Assembly (NCBI GenBank): GCA_964106645.2
Contig: OZ078259.1
From: Podarcis pityusensis
Lineage: Eukaryota
DNA length: 64,000 nt
Direction: 5' to 3' (one strand)
The notes under the pieces are model-generated. The model ran no database searches. It was not told where the DNA came from and saw nothing but the letters and a program-made list of their open reading frames with translations. Every line of letters begins with the position of its first letter. Position 1 is the stretch's first letter. Made by a program: the position numbers and the translations under genes. Shown piece by piece: positions 1 through 12,605 of this stretch.

Positions 1-704
1 TGGCTGCTGCAGGGCTGGCAGCAGCCCAAGTATGGCATGATCCACAGGGCCTCATTCTTGAACTGTGATGCAAAAATATTGGGAAACTTGCAATATCAGA
101 AAAGATTACGCATATAGTCACAGTGACCCATGGAAGAGAAAGAACAGACGGCTTATTTGCAACATGGTGGTCCTTTATTGCATACACAATCTTGGTCTCA
201 TAAATAAACTTTCATAAACAGCTTTGCAAATCTGGAGGTCATGAGCAGTAATCGGGCTCATCGCTGCTCTTCTGACAACAATTCTCAGGCCACATCACCC
301 CAACTCTACGCCATCTTCACCACCCCTCTTTTAGAACTTAGTTATGACATTCATATGTCTTTTCATTCTGTAAAATCACAGAAGGGGGGGGTGCTTTTAT
401 TGTATCTGTATTATATTTGCTTTCCTTACAATTAATTTAACTTTTAAAAAAGTATGAGACGGAGCAGCAGTGAAGGTTGATCTCTTACAGCAAATGAGGC
501 ACTGTCCCACCAGCCTCTGGCTATTCTGAGCCAGCTCTCCCACTTGCCTACCAGTGATGGGCAACAATGGCTGCCAGTTTGCTCCTGCTTAGTCTCACTG
601 TTGCCCTTGTAGCACTTAGTACAGAGGAGGAAGGGGAGAAAACTAGAATTCACTAGCTGTATCCAAAATTGGCTCTGGCTCCACCTACTGTTGGTATCCT
701 GCCA

Positions 705-715
705 ACACACACACA

Positions 716-752
<37 letters not shown>

Positions 753-760
753 GGGGGGGG
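705..760. repeat. (AC)n microsatellite followed by G10
   Basis: Read directly. Confidence 0.95.
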
Positions 761-3700
761 AGCCCCAATTGGTACCAGGCCACCACTGCAGAGCAGCATT
801 CTCCACTTGCTTTGCAACCTCCCTCTGGACTCCAGGAAAAGAGGAATGAGGTGGGGGTCAATGGACAGCGTCTTGTCAAAGCCCTCCTGGACCCACCACT
901 GCTGGCTGTAGCATTTTGGATCTATGTAACTCTCTCAAGGCTACAGGCCAGAATGCACTCTTGCAGCTACTTTCAAAGGCTGCTTTTCCCCACGACTAGG
1001 GAATACAAATTAGAATACAAATAGAAGATGTGATAAATAACCTTCTCTCCGCCTAGCACCCCCAACACACCGATTTCTTCTTTGACACGTCAACCTTCTG
1101 ACACAATGTAAATTAAATCCCTTCTGTGGTGGGATCAAAAAAAAGGGGGGAGACCCAGTGAGTGCACTATTTGCAAGGAAAGCAGTTTCTAAAAAGCACA
1201 GAGATAAAAACACTCTCTTGAGCAATGCAGGCTATATTTCAGTGTGCCATCATGATTTCGATGACAGGCTTCTAGGTCTGCCAGTTGCCTCTCCCCAAAA
1301 AGCTCTCCTCCACTCTGCTGCAATGGCCTTTTGCTGAATGAGGTGCAAAACCTTTAGCTCTGTTTTCCCTTCCTCTAAACTTCCTTTTCAAAATAAACTA
1401 TAATCTTGCCAGCATCCCTTTTGAAGGTCACTGTGAATAATTACCTCTCTGAGCAAGTGGGGGGTGGTGGGGGTGAGAAACAGCCCCCCTTCCTTTGGTT
1501 CCTTGGAACGGCAACAGATTTCATATTAGAAGGTCGGAGAGAAGAAACATTCAAAGATGGACAGACTAATTTTTGATCTTGTCATATATTTTTTCACTAC
1601 ACTGCTCCCGGTGATGATAAATTGCTGCACAGCGATGACCATGCAGACAACAAGGGTGCTCTTTTAACTCTGCCAAGTGTAAGTGCTGTCTGAGCAGCAA
1701 GCAATGGCATAGTTGTTGTTGCAACCTCATGTATGGTGGGAAGTTAACAAAAGAACAAGAAGAAGAAGACCTGCAATAAATTGTTGCAGTGCCGAGTGCT
1801 CCTGTCCAAGGTTTAGCCAGCCAGCCAAGATGCTCCATTTTCAAGGTGCTCCATTCCATTGCCACACCTGGTTCCTCCTCCACAACAGTCTGAGCATCCC
1901 ATAGTGACTGAGGTTGCTCGATCTTCATTGATTACTTCTCTCCCATAGACTTGGGAGTTTGCCCTCCTCCCTGTGCTAATAAATAAGCAAACAAATGTAT
2001 TTCCACAAACGTTTAAAAGCCAAGACTCATGCATGTAAGTCATTTTGGCTACATAAGAACACACACTTGGGGAACAAGTTTGCTGTCACTGCCATCATCC
2101 ACAAGCATTCTTATTAATTTATATACCTCTGAATGCCAAAAGTGACTTAAAAAAAAAGAATGAAAACCAAGCACACAAACATTAGAGTATAAACATCCAT
2201 AATTAAAATACACACTAAAACAATCCCACGGAAACAACAATTAAGCAATTAAGACAGGAGACTCAGGTCAAGGAAATGCCTATGTAAGCAATTCCGTTTC
2301 TTAAAGCTGGTGGAAGCCCAATACAGGTGGGAGCCTCTCATATTTCAGCAGGAAGCGCAATCAATAACACTGGTGCTACGAGTGAGAAATTGTTAGAATA
2401 TGTCATCTACATGAGGACCATTTGTGAGACAATAGAGGACTCCAAACAGGGATTCCTACCAAAGGAACCCAGATGAGTTCTTGCTCCACCATGGAAGCTT
2501 GACAGGGGAGGAAGGTGCTGGTGTCCTCTGCAAGACACCTCTGTGCCACTGCTGTGACTGGCGAGAGAGTGCCGTTGCAGCTACCAATTCAGCAGGCATC
2601 AGGTGGCATGAGGAGACAATGAGATCCCACCTGGTCCTATGAAGGAGGGTTGCTTTGTGGGAGGGACTAATCTTGGCATCTGGAGCTGCTACTGACTGTA
2701 GCTTTAAGAAACTTTTGCTTGAGCTTGCTTTTCCCTTCTCCCTCCCGCTCCTTTTACCTTGTGTGCCATGTCTCTTTTTTTAGATTGGAGCCTGAGGGCA
2801 GGGAATGCCTTAGAACTGATGTTTGTAAGATGTCTGAGAGAGCCTTTTTGGCTAAAGGATGGGGGTGCAAAGCCACAGGTGAATAAATAAATAAATCTTT
2901 CCCAAAAGAGGACTGCAACCAGGTGAGCTGCTCAGTTTGCTGTCCAGGAGCTAAGTGCTGAAGGCCAAGTTCAAAGTCCCTGCTGCTATCCCTTCTTAAG
3001 GTTCTTTATCTTTAAATTAAACTCAGACCAGACCGCCCTTAAAATATAGAAGTCTTTCCAACAGATAATTGTTCTCCAAATATTAGGACCCAGATCACCT
3101 TTTGCTGGGCCCTGATAACACCACTCGCAAGCAGCCCCTCTCTTCCAGATCTCAGCTTCCAGGCCTACTTTACCTCCAGCGTGACTTTGTCAACTGTGTA
3201 CCTTCAGTTTTAAATCAATGGTGATGGATTAATCAAGGTTGATTTGAACCTGCTGCACCCTGTCAGAGTCTTTAAGTCTGATCTTCACGCTACAGCAATT
3301 CTCCATTTTAACCAATTCTGTCAGGGATGAGGTTCTCAAAACAGCCACCATGCTCCTTGCTCCTCTTCCACAGGCAGGCAATTTTCACTAAAGTCGGCAA
3401 TGAATTGTCTTTTAATGGCGAAAGAAGGCGGAGTGAAGAAACAGCTAGCGTCGTTTTTTTGTCAGCCCCCATCAGGCAGTCCTGTGAATTGCACACATCC
3501 TGTTCTGGTCTGATGCTGAGAGAAAGCAGTGAGGCTGGTTGAAGAATTTAGGACCATGGATAGGTCACAAAAGGTATTTGTATATCTCCCTTTTAAAATC
3601 TGCAGTACATGAGATACAGTGTGCTCTTTCTGTCAGTTCCTCTTTGCAGCAGCTCAGCTTCTCCTACACTGAATATGCCCCTTCAGAGATGCCAATATTT

Positions 3701-3989
3701 CACTTGATGCCAGGTTTGGACATTCACCTTTCCTTCTGTTCTGAAGAGAGGGGCAAATAACTTCTCTACGTGAGAGACGAAAGTGGTGGCTGGTACAGGG
3801 GTCTTCTTTTTCCATGGATGGGTGAGCTAATTGCAGGCATTCCCACACCTGTTTGTGGTCCTGTCTCACTTTCTATTCTTTTAGATTCAGCAGCCAGTTT
3901 GTTATGCAGTGTCCCCTGCAGCACCCATTTTGTCTTATGTCTCACCCTCAAACAACTATGTTGTGACTGACCACCACAGCTTCTCAATT

Positions 3990-4300
3990 TTTTCAGATGT
4001 GCCCAGAAGACTTGGAGAGCCTTGCATCCTTGAGCGACAAATTAGCTTGAGGTTTGAAGAGTTGGAATGGAAGATCAAGTGGCTAAAACATAAACATTTT
4101 GAATTCGGAAATAAGCCGGGCAAATTTTTGGCCCGGCAATTAAAGAAAAAACAAGAATTATTAATAAAATCAGACTAGACGATAAATGGTTTGATGACCC
4201 AAAGGAAATTAGCAGGTGTTTTGTCAACTGCTACAAAGAACTATACAAAGAAGGTCCCGAAAAAGTGGAAGAATTGCAGAATATTTGAAGAAGAATGGTA
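3990..4300 (+). mobile_element. L1-clade ORF2 fragment
   Basis: EELEWKIKWLKHKHFEFGNKPGKFLARQLKKKQE matches the L1 EN-RT linker pattern FExGxKxGKxLA. Confidence 0.65.
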
Positions 4301-7300
4301 ACACGAGGTACCACTGTACATAAATAGGTCTCGGCCGGGCCTAAAAGTGACCACTGCTCTCATTACAAGGGTAGATAAGAAGATGCCTTATACTGAGTCA
4401 GGCGGTTGATCTATCCTGCTCAGAATTGTCTTGGCTATTGAGAGTAAGTTGGATTGCTGAGCCAGCATCAACTGTGCCTCCATCTCTTAGGACATGGAGG
4501 TGTCAGCACCAAAACAAATACATCTTGCAAGCTCAACCCACTCAGAGCAGTGACCATTTACCTGTCCAGTTTTGGGACTCTGTCCATTTGCTATGGTAGG
4601 TGCTGCCTATCCAAAGGGAGGTGCAGAGAGCATGTCACTTGTTGGATCAACATCTTGGCTTACACCTAGTCATCCAATTCCGCTATATTGTATAACATGC
4701 CTTGCTTATGTACCCCTGTGATTTAAGCATTAAAGTCTTTGGCAGAAACCAAGCTGGCAGTATGAGTTCTTCACCTGGCAGTGAGGGCCAGGACGGATTC
4801 CTGCATAGCTGCCCTTTCTCAAAGCCTTTCTCAACAAACACATTTTCTGCTTATAAGCCTCTTTGGGGCTTGTGCACTCCCAGCCTACAAGCTGTAGACA
4901 TTTCTTCAGGTCTTCTTAATCAGAAGCCAAACATATATTTTGTTGTTTGTCAAACACAAACACTTCATTACATAGGAATGAGGTAGATAGACAACATGCA
5001 TTAAGACAACATTATTGGAAGATAACGGTGCCATTAATACTCCCCAATGAAAACAGCCGCACAGAGTAACTAGGAGCAGTTGAGGGAAATTGTAAATTAG
5101 GCAGGCTTGTTTTACATTTTATTGGAGGAATGAGAGTCTTAATTATTCAAGAGGGGTGGTGTGCTTCTTTCTAAGCAAAGCTTTAGACCATTCACTTTGC
5201 TTCTCTGGTCTACCTTGCAGGCCTTCCAGCAAATTGGCTTAAAGGAGACCCTATGCCAGGAGTCGGTGAAGACTGATCCATTAGGTCAAATGGGGCACTG
5301 CCCCACCAACCTCCATCCTGATGCCTCCAAGCCCACCTGCCTGCCTTCCTACCTACAGCCAATCCAGGGGGTGGCACTGCCTCTCAGCTTCCTCCTTCTG
5401 AAAATAAGTTTGGCCTTGCAGAACTCAGGAGGGAATAAATTGGGACAACCAGGGACTCAAGTTGGACACCGACAAGTGTGCACCAGAAGAGGGGGGCAGT
5501 GGTTTCTGGGGACCTGTACCAGCCAGGAGGCAAGAATTAGAAGCAGGGGAAGCTTCAGAGCTGGAGGGTGGAGCACAGGATGGGTTGGAAGGGGATGAGG
5601 AAGAGGCAGGTCAGGCAAGTGAAAGGTCAGTGCTTCCTCACCCTCTCCTGCACCACTGCCTCCCAGAATCAGGAGGGGGTTGAAAAGGGAGGAGCAAAGG
5701 CAGTTTTTGTGCAGACACAGTTTCCAACTGCATGCGTGCAACCCGTTGGGGGAAGGTGCATAAACTGGTGCAGGGGGAGTGGCCCCCTGAATAGCTGCCT
5801 AGACGCTAGATTGGTGTGTGTAAATAAACACAATTTGACAATAAATAGTTGGCTATCTGCCATGTGCTGGGAAGTACTCTTGACAGTTGTCCACTGTTGG
5901 GCTCACTGCTTTCCACCCCACCAGCCACAATGGGCTTCAGCCACCACTTCTAGGAGCCAGCATAGCCCCTGGTCAGGGATGATGGAAATTAGAATCCAGC
6001 AACATCTCCATGGCCTCAGGTTCCCCATTGCTATCCCATGTTGAACAATTCTCTCTTCTCTTATCCATCTTGCACATTCCTCGCTGTGGGTATATCTGCA
6101 GGAAGGTTTCACATTTAATGCAGTTTAACGCACACTGCATGTACAGCTGCTTATGCTTCTCTGAGGTAACCCTTGACAGAAAGTTCAGGATAAAAAAAAC
6201 CCACAATGTCTTTTTAACACAACTAAAGAGAATTATTGAGTGGATGAGACCAATAGTGGGTTCAATGGTCAAGAAAGTAGTTTCTGCTCATGCCGTAGGG
6301 GAATATGAGGGGCAGACGGGACTCATAAACCTGGGAAACTCTAATCCTAAACCTCTGCTGCTCTGTGGGATATCTTCAGAAGAAGAAAAGGTTCAGGATT
6401 AAACCCAACACAAATGCAGAGTGGCGTCCCTAAGAGGGTTGGATTCTGCCTTGTATGCCTCCTTACAGCAACTCCTGCAGCCAAGCTGGTGCCAAATGTA
6501 TTGCTCTGCTTTTCTTTGGTCCACATCAGTGAGGCCAATGAGGGGGTTATGTTTTCTGGGCAGTCCCGGAGAGGCCATGTGGGTCCTGCTAACACAGCGG
6601 CTTGACTTCACCCTCAGAGGCACACTCCATTGTGTCTTGAGACAGTAGGGTGGCAACAACAAGAGACGAGAAGCATGAAAGGGCATTGAAAGAAAGTCAG
6701 CACCCCAACCAGGCTCACATATCCAAGGTTTCGTAAAGAAAATTACTTGCTTGTTGCTGTGCTGCAACCATATGTCTCTTGGGATTTGTGTGCATACAGA
6801 TTGTTATTTGCGCGCACACACAGTACCTCTCTGCTTCATTGAAAATTTACACCATTTGCTACTAGAGCCAGTATTTGAAACAGACCAGCGACAACAAAAG
6901 AAAGAATGGAGAGAGTTAATCAATACAGTCTATACTTCTAAGAAGCACAAAATGTTTGCAGCAGGAAGGTAGGCTTGTCGCTAAAAATTGCTTTCCATCC
7001 CCTTAATTAAGCTTCTGGTTATATCTTTCTCGGAAAAAGCTTCAGATCTCAGCTACACCTTCCCTGCCACCATCCCCCCCCCCCAAAAAAATGTTACAAA
7101 GACAACAGCCGAATGGAATTAGACAGAAATAAGTTAGTAATAACAGGGGGAAAATAAACGCATCAGTTCCAGTCATCTGTGGATGTAATGTAGCCTTCCC
7201 CAGAATGGTGCATTCCAGAAGCTATGAACTACAACTCCCATCAGTGCTAGCTAGCTCGGCCAATGGTCAGGGATGATGGGGATTGAGGTCCAGCAATTTC

Positions 7301-7708
7301 TAGAGGCCACAAATTCCCTATCCCTGGTTTAAGTTGCAAAGCCTCCATCCATGCTCAACCTGCATATTTGTAAATAAATGCAAAGAATACCAGAAGCCTT
7401 AAGTTTCCAGTTACATCATTCAAAGGAAGCCAAACCCTAGATTAGGTGCAGGAACTCCTGGAGCCTCATCACCCAGATAATTGGCTGCATATAACAAAAC
7501 TGAGGGAGCAGGCTGGAGTTGTCCAAATGGAGCATGTTCAGAGAAGGGAAAATATGGGCTGCATCTACATTGATCTTTTAAACGTTATTAGAACGACATT
7601 AGATATATCATTCTATAACTTTACCTTACCTTTAACATTCAGTTTCCCTACTGCTAGTGGCTCACTGCTCTGTAGCACCCTCTGGTGTCACATTTTAATA
7701 ACACATTA

Positions 7709-8062
7709 GGTAAAGGTAAAGGGACCCCTGACCATTAGGTCCAGTCGTGACCGGCTCTGGGGTTGCGGCGCTCATCTCACTTTATTGGCCGAGGGAGCCG
7801 GCGTACAGCTTCCGGGTCATGTGGACAGCATGACTAAGCCGCTTCTGGCAAACCAGAGCTGCACACAGAAACGCCGTTTACCTTCCTGCCAGAGCGGTAC
7901 CTATTTATCTACTTGCACTTTGACGTGCTTTCGAACTGCTAGGTTGGCAGGAGCAGAGACCGAGCAATGGGAGCTCACCCCGTCACGGGGATTCGAACCG
8001 CCAACCTTCTGATCGGCAAGCCCTAGGCTTTGTGGTTTAACCCACAGTGCCACCCGCGTCCC
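7709..8062 (-). mobile_element. Sauria SINE, full length
   Basis: Minus strand starts GGGACGCGGGTGGCACTGTGGGTTAAACC, has a tRNA-like B box (GGTTCGAATCC) and ends in an (ACCTTT)n tail; perfect 12-bp TSD AATAACACATTA at 7697-7708 and 8063-8074. Confidence 0.9.
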
Positions 8063-8879
8063 AATAACACATTATTAATGTTATAAACCACAAGTGCAGA
8101 TCCGCCCATGGTCAGCAAACCAAGACCTAAGAAGAAATATTTAATCTAGAGAAGAGAAAACCGGGGTGGGGGGCAGTCAGGGGGCACACATCCTCACACT
8201 CTTCAAATGCATAAGAAGCTGTCATGATGAAGAGGTCAATTGGAAGACTCTCCCTCTTGAAATCCACTGTTGGTCTCATCCACTCAATCCACCGGAGTCT
8301 GTCTTTGCATGCAAGGTATGTCCTTAACTCACCGAGGGCTTGAGACCCAATGGCTACATACACAAAGCTCTTTCCAGGGTGTGGCCACTGTCACATGCTG
8401 ACAACTTCAAGGAGCCACTTGGTGTTCTCCACCAGAGGTACTGTCCCTCCCCTAACACCCCCTCCCACACCTGTCTGTACAGCCACAGCAGAAGCTGCAA
8501 CTTTCCAACAGCTTCACCTCACCCCCAGAGGCCCAGTCCTCCATTGTCTCCCAAGACAGATGGATGCCAACAAGCAACCTCTTGAAATCTGGCTGGCGCT
8601 AATGCTGGTTTTCAGCATTAGCTAAACCTTTGCCTCTACATCTAGACATTGAAATGTTGTGGATTTGTTGTGAATTAGACTGCTGGTTTTTGCAGGAGTT
8701 TTTCTACTTATTGGCTTTATATTGTTTTAATGTTTTTACTTGAATCCTTGTATCATTAGTTTAATTTTATTGCTACCTAGGGATCCCTTGTTTGATTATG
8801 GATGGGGAAAGGAGGGAACATTGGTTTCGTTTGATTTTAAATAACGTATATTCCCAGAAAATATTTTCAAAATTAAATT

Positions 8880-9490
8880 CTTTACTAAGAAAATGCCCAG
8901 GGGTTCTTTGACTCCAAGACTATCATTATTAAAAATGCATTTACAAATTAAACAAAGATGATTTGGCATTTCAAATCTGGAACTACATCATCAAGCTTAT
9001 ATTGTCAAATATTAGATACTGGAAACCCAAAATAGAGATGATTTTCTGAATTCAGCAATCCTAGAATATCTTTATCTGGATCGACAGCATTAAAAACAAA
9101 ATATATTAAAACTCAGGAATCTCTCAAAACAATAATCTCAGTTAGAAAGTGATGGAACATCATCTCTAACAAAACTTTATTGTTAGGCCAGTTTTCCCAC
9201 GCTAAACTGACTGTGGGGAAATCCTGTTCTAAAATTAGGGGGGAAATGTTAATACGGAAGAATAAGGGTGGATGCAGGTATACTGACTCTAAACTAATTA
9301 ATAGATGAGAATGATTAATTTTATGCTTCTACTATATTAAAAGAAAAATATTATCTATTAAATTCAGCTCAATGGCAACATTTCCAACTGAAGCATATGT
9401 TAACATCGCTATTTGGACCGGCAGCTTTCACAGCCTCTCATACCCCTGAAATATTAGAACAATTGGTAAAATCCTTTGAGACCAAAAAGC
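8880..9490 (+). mobile_element. Degraded L1/Tx1 ORF2 fragment
   Basis: PRLSLLKMHLQIKQ..FGISNLELHHQAY, LWGNPVL and LKEKYYLLNSAQWQHFQLKHML resemble the post-RT region of fish/reptile L1. Confidence 0.5.
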
Positions 9491-10412
9491 CGGTGCTTCT
9501 TTTTTTTTACATATATTTGGTTTTAATTAATCAGTTTACTGCTGACTCGCTCCTGACATTGAGCTACAATTCCCACCAGTGCTAGCAAGCATCACAGATT
9601 GTAAGGGACTGGGGGGCATAACATTGGCTATCCCTACTCTAACAAAAAAAATGTTTTAATCTACTGTCTGCTTTGTCAAGATCAGCCTTTAAATCAATCC
9701 AACATCTGTTAGTGGCTTACCCATCAACAAAATGTTGCAGAGCTGAATTTTTACTCTTTTACCCAGATGCTCACTTAACTTTTGGCCACTTCCTTCACTG
9801 GTTCACACTCAGTCAATTTACCAGGTCTCTCCTTCTGACCTATATACATTTGTAGATTATCATCCCAAAGAAGAAATTGCAGAATTGCATTCTGAGTGTC
9901 TTTTTCCCCTCTTGTTTCACAAGGGGAAAAGGAGGAGCACAGTACAGGTGGCTAAGAAAGGAAAGGCATTGCCTAAGCCTTTTTCCTTGAATGGGAGTCT
10001 AATCAGCTACAGTGCAGCTGCAACGTAGCGTTTTGTGTTCCGTTGATTTATTACCACAAGGGCTGGCAGACCTCATCAGCCAACGTGCTCTTGTGAAATA
10101 ACAAAATAGTTCCCCAAGAAAACATAAAATGGAACCAGTTCAGCATTTTTTAAAAAAAATAAAAAATCTTGATTACTGCTTCTTTTGGAAAACCATTGCA
10201 GGAGCTCGGAATGATGGTGTTGAGCAGATCTCCCTTTCGCTCAGAGGAGTTTCAGGAAGGAAGGCCAGTTGAGGGTAGAAACTGCAAAGGAACACTTATC
10301 CAAGGAAAGATGTTGAGAACAATATCTGGGGCGGTGGTGGTTCAGAACCAGGCAAAAGGCTCCTCCAGACTTTCATCCTGGTTTACTTGCACAAAGCTTA
10401 CAGAGGTTAGAC

Positions 10413-10535
10413 CAGGCGTAGGCAAACTCTGCCCTCCAGATGTTTTGGGACTACAACTCCCATCATCCCTAGCTAACAGGGGTGATGGGAGTTGTAGTCC
10501 CAAAACAACTGGAGGGCTGAGTTTGCCTATGCCTG
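10413..10535. mobile_element. Palindromic hAT MITE
   Basis: TIRs CAGGCGTAGGCAAACT / AGTTTGCCTATGCCTG, near-perfect internal palindrome, 8-bp TSD GGTTAGAC. Confidence 0.85.
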
Positions 10536-11396
10536 GGTTAGACTATGCCTGATCTTTATTAAGCATTTGTTCTGATTTGTTTGCACAAAACTTATGCAGA
10601 AGTTAGATTGTCGATATGACAAGTTTTTGTTTTTATTCAAATGACTTTTTACAGTAAAGAAAGTGATGGGGGGAAGCACTGGGAAATGTGGAATAACAAT
10701 TGCTTGATGTGCCACTGCAAAACCTCCCTGTAAACAAATTGAAACAAATTATCAATAAACAGTGGGCATTGTATAACCTGCCTGCAAACTTTCTGCAACC
10801 AAATCAGAATGAGATGTCAGGCCATAAAAGGGAATCCTCATTGTGCTTGCAATTTAAGACTATATCTCCTGGGATAAATTTTGCAGCAGCAACAAACTTT
10901 GATTCTGATAGCAGAGCAAACAGACATATGCTTTTTATTAATGCTAATACATATCTCAAATTTTAAAAAAAAATGTATTTTGGCTTTATTTTGTCATTGC
11001 ATATCTTTCGTTTTCCCGCTTGGAAAATGCATAGGCTGCACATCTGTTCAAGTCTGCTACAAGCCAGGCAGTTTTCCAAATGATCCTTGAAAAGTATCAA
11101 TCAACTCACTAACAGGATTCCCAGCATCTTTTGCATCTGGTCATGCTATCTATGAATGTAGCTCACATTGTGCCAATCACAGTCTCTTTCTCTTTTAATG
11201 TCTGCCTCTTCCAAGTTACAGCTTATCATCCTGACTCTCTGAGAGGCATGTATTACTGCTTATTGACTTTGATGCCTTATCTACCTTGGCAGCTGAAGCT
11301 GTTGCTCTTCTCACCCTAGTTGTGTGGTGTGCATCTGCAGAAAACGTGTGGAACTCAAAGGCTGAGTTACTGCGAGAATGATCAGATACTTCAAAC

Positions 11397-11577
11397 CAGT
11401 GCTTTTTTCTGGAGGGATGCAGGGGTACGCATACCCCTAAACATTTGTGAATCTTTGTACTTTTGTCCATTTACTGTATTTATTTTTCCCGATTTGAACA
11501 ATAAAATGGTGATTTTCTTGAGTCAAAATGAGAGGACCCCTAAACATTATTATTTATTTTTTTAGAAAAAAGCACTG
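11397..11577. mobile_element. hAT-type MITE
   Basis: TIRs CAGTGCTTTTTTCT / AGAAAAAAGCACTG; 8-bp TSD CTTCAAAC/CTGCAAAC. Confidence 0.75.
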
Positions 11578-12146
11578 CTGCAAACCATGGGGGATATTTC
11601 CAGCAGCTGCCATGCATCTCTCCCCTGCTCCCTCTCTCTCTAAATATATGTGAGAATGGGTCTGTATGCGTGTTTTCTCACACTTACTCTTTCTTTCTCT
11701 TTCTCCCTCTCTCTCTCTGTGTCTTCCTCTCTAACTCTCTCTTTCTAACTCTCGTCTTTCTCTTTCCCTCTCTCTTGTCTAGCTGTCTCTCTCTATCAGG
11801 TAGTGTGGAAGGCAGGAAGACCAGGACTGAGCAGAGAGGGTACCACATCTCAAAGGCCTGTAAGGGAGGCTCTGGGCTTTAGGAGGCGTCAGGCTCTGGC
11901 ATGGTCCTAAAGTTCTCTTCCCTTTTCTTTCACAGCTTTCGGAAGGAGGAGGGCTCTAGAAGGGCACAGCCTGCACATTCTAATTTCATCCCCATCCTTG
12001 TTCCTGCATAGTTTGACAAGGGCAATGATGAGACTAAGGAGGAAGAGAAAGTTGACAGTCAATACTATCCCTTGGACTGGTAGCAAGTGAGAAGACCAGG
12101 AGATAGGGGCTAGCTGAAGGCACACTGTGATTGGTGAGGCAGTGCT

Positions 12147-12148
<2 letters not shown>

Positions 12149-12182
<34 letters not shown>
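12149..12182. repeat. (AC)n microsatellite
   Basis: Read directly. Confidence 0.95.
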
Positions 12183-12183
<1 letters not shown>

Positions 12184-12279
12184 AGTTTCCACTGCCTAAG
12201 GCAGTCACTGCATTCTGCCTAATGGTAGGGCCAGACCTGGCCCAGAGAACATTATTGAGTAGTATTCAAATATTGTAAA

Positions 12280-12605
12280 TGTTATGTACTGAGTTGAATA
12301 GGATCCAAAATGCAGCAGTCTGATTGGTCCTAGAACAATAGGATTCAGAATGCAGCAATCTGATTGGTCCTAGAACAATGCAGCAGTATGATTGGTCCGC
12401 AGGAGCCACCCAATGCAACTTCAGGTGGAAGTGAATCCACAACCTGATTGGCCTACAGGAGAATCCCGGAATTAGCTAATCACATGCAGCCCATTGTGTA
12501 AATAATGTATATAAAGCAGATATTGTGAAGGAACTTACATTCCTCCTCACCACTATGAGCTGAATAAAGAGCATGAAATCCACTCTCGACTCCGAGTATA
12601 TTTCA
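12280..12605 (+). mobile_element. Solo LTR
   Basis: TG...CA ends, perfect 5-bp TSD GTAAA, repeated TGATTGG boxes, TATATAAA 12508-12515, AATAAA 12563-12568. Confidence 0.82.
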
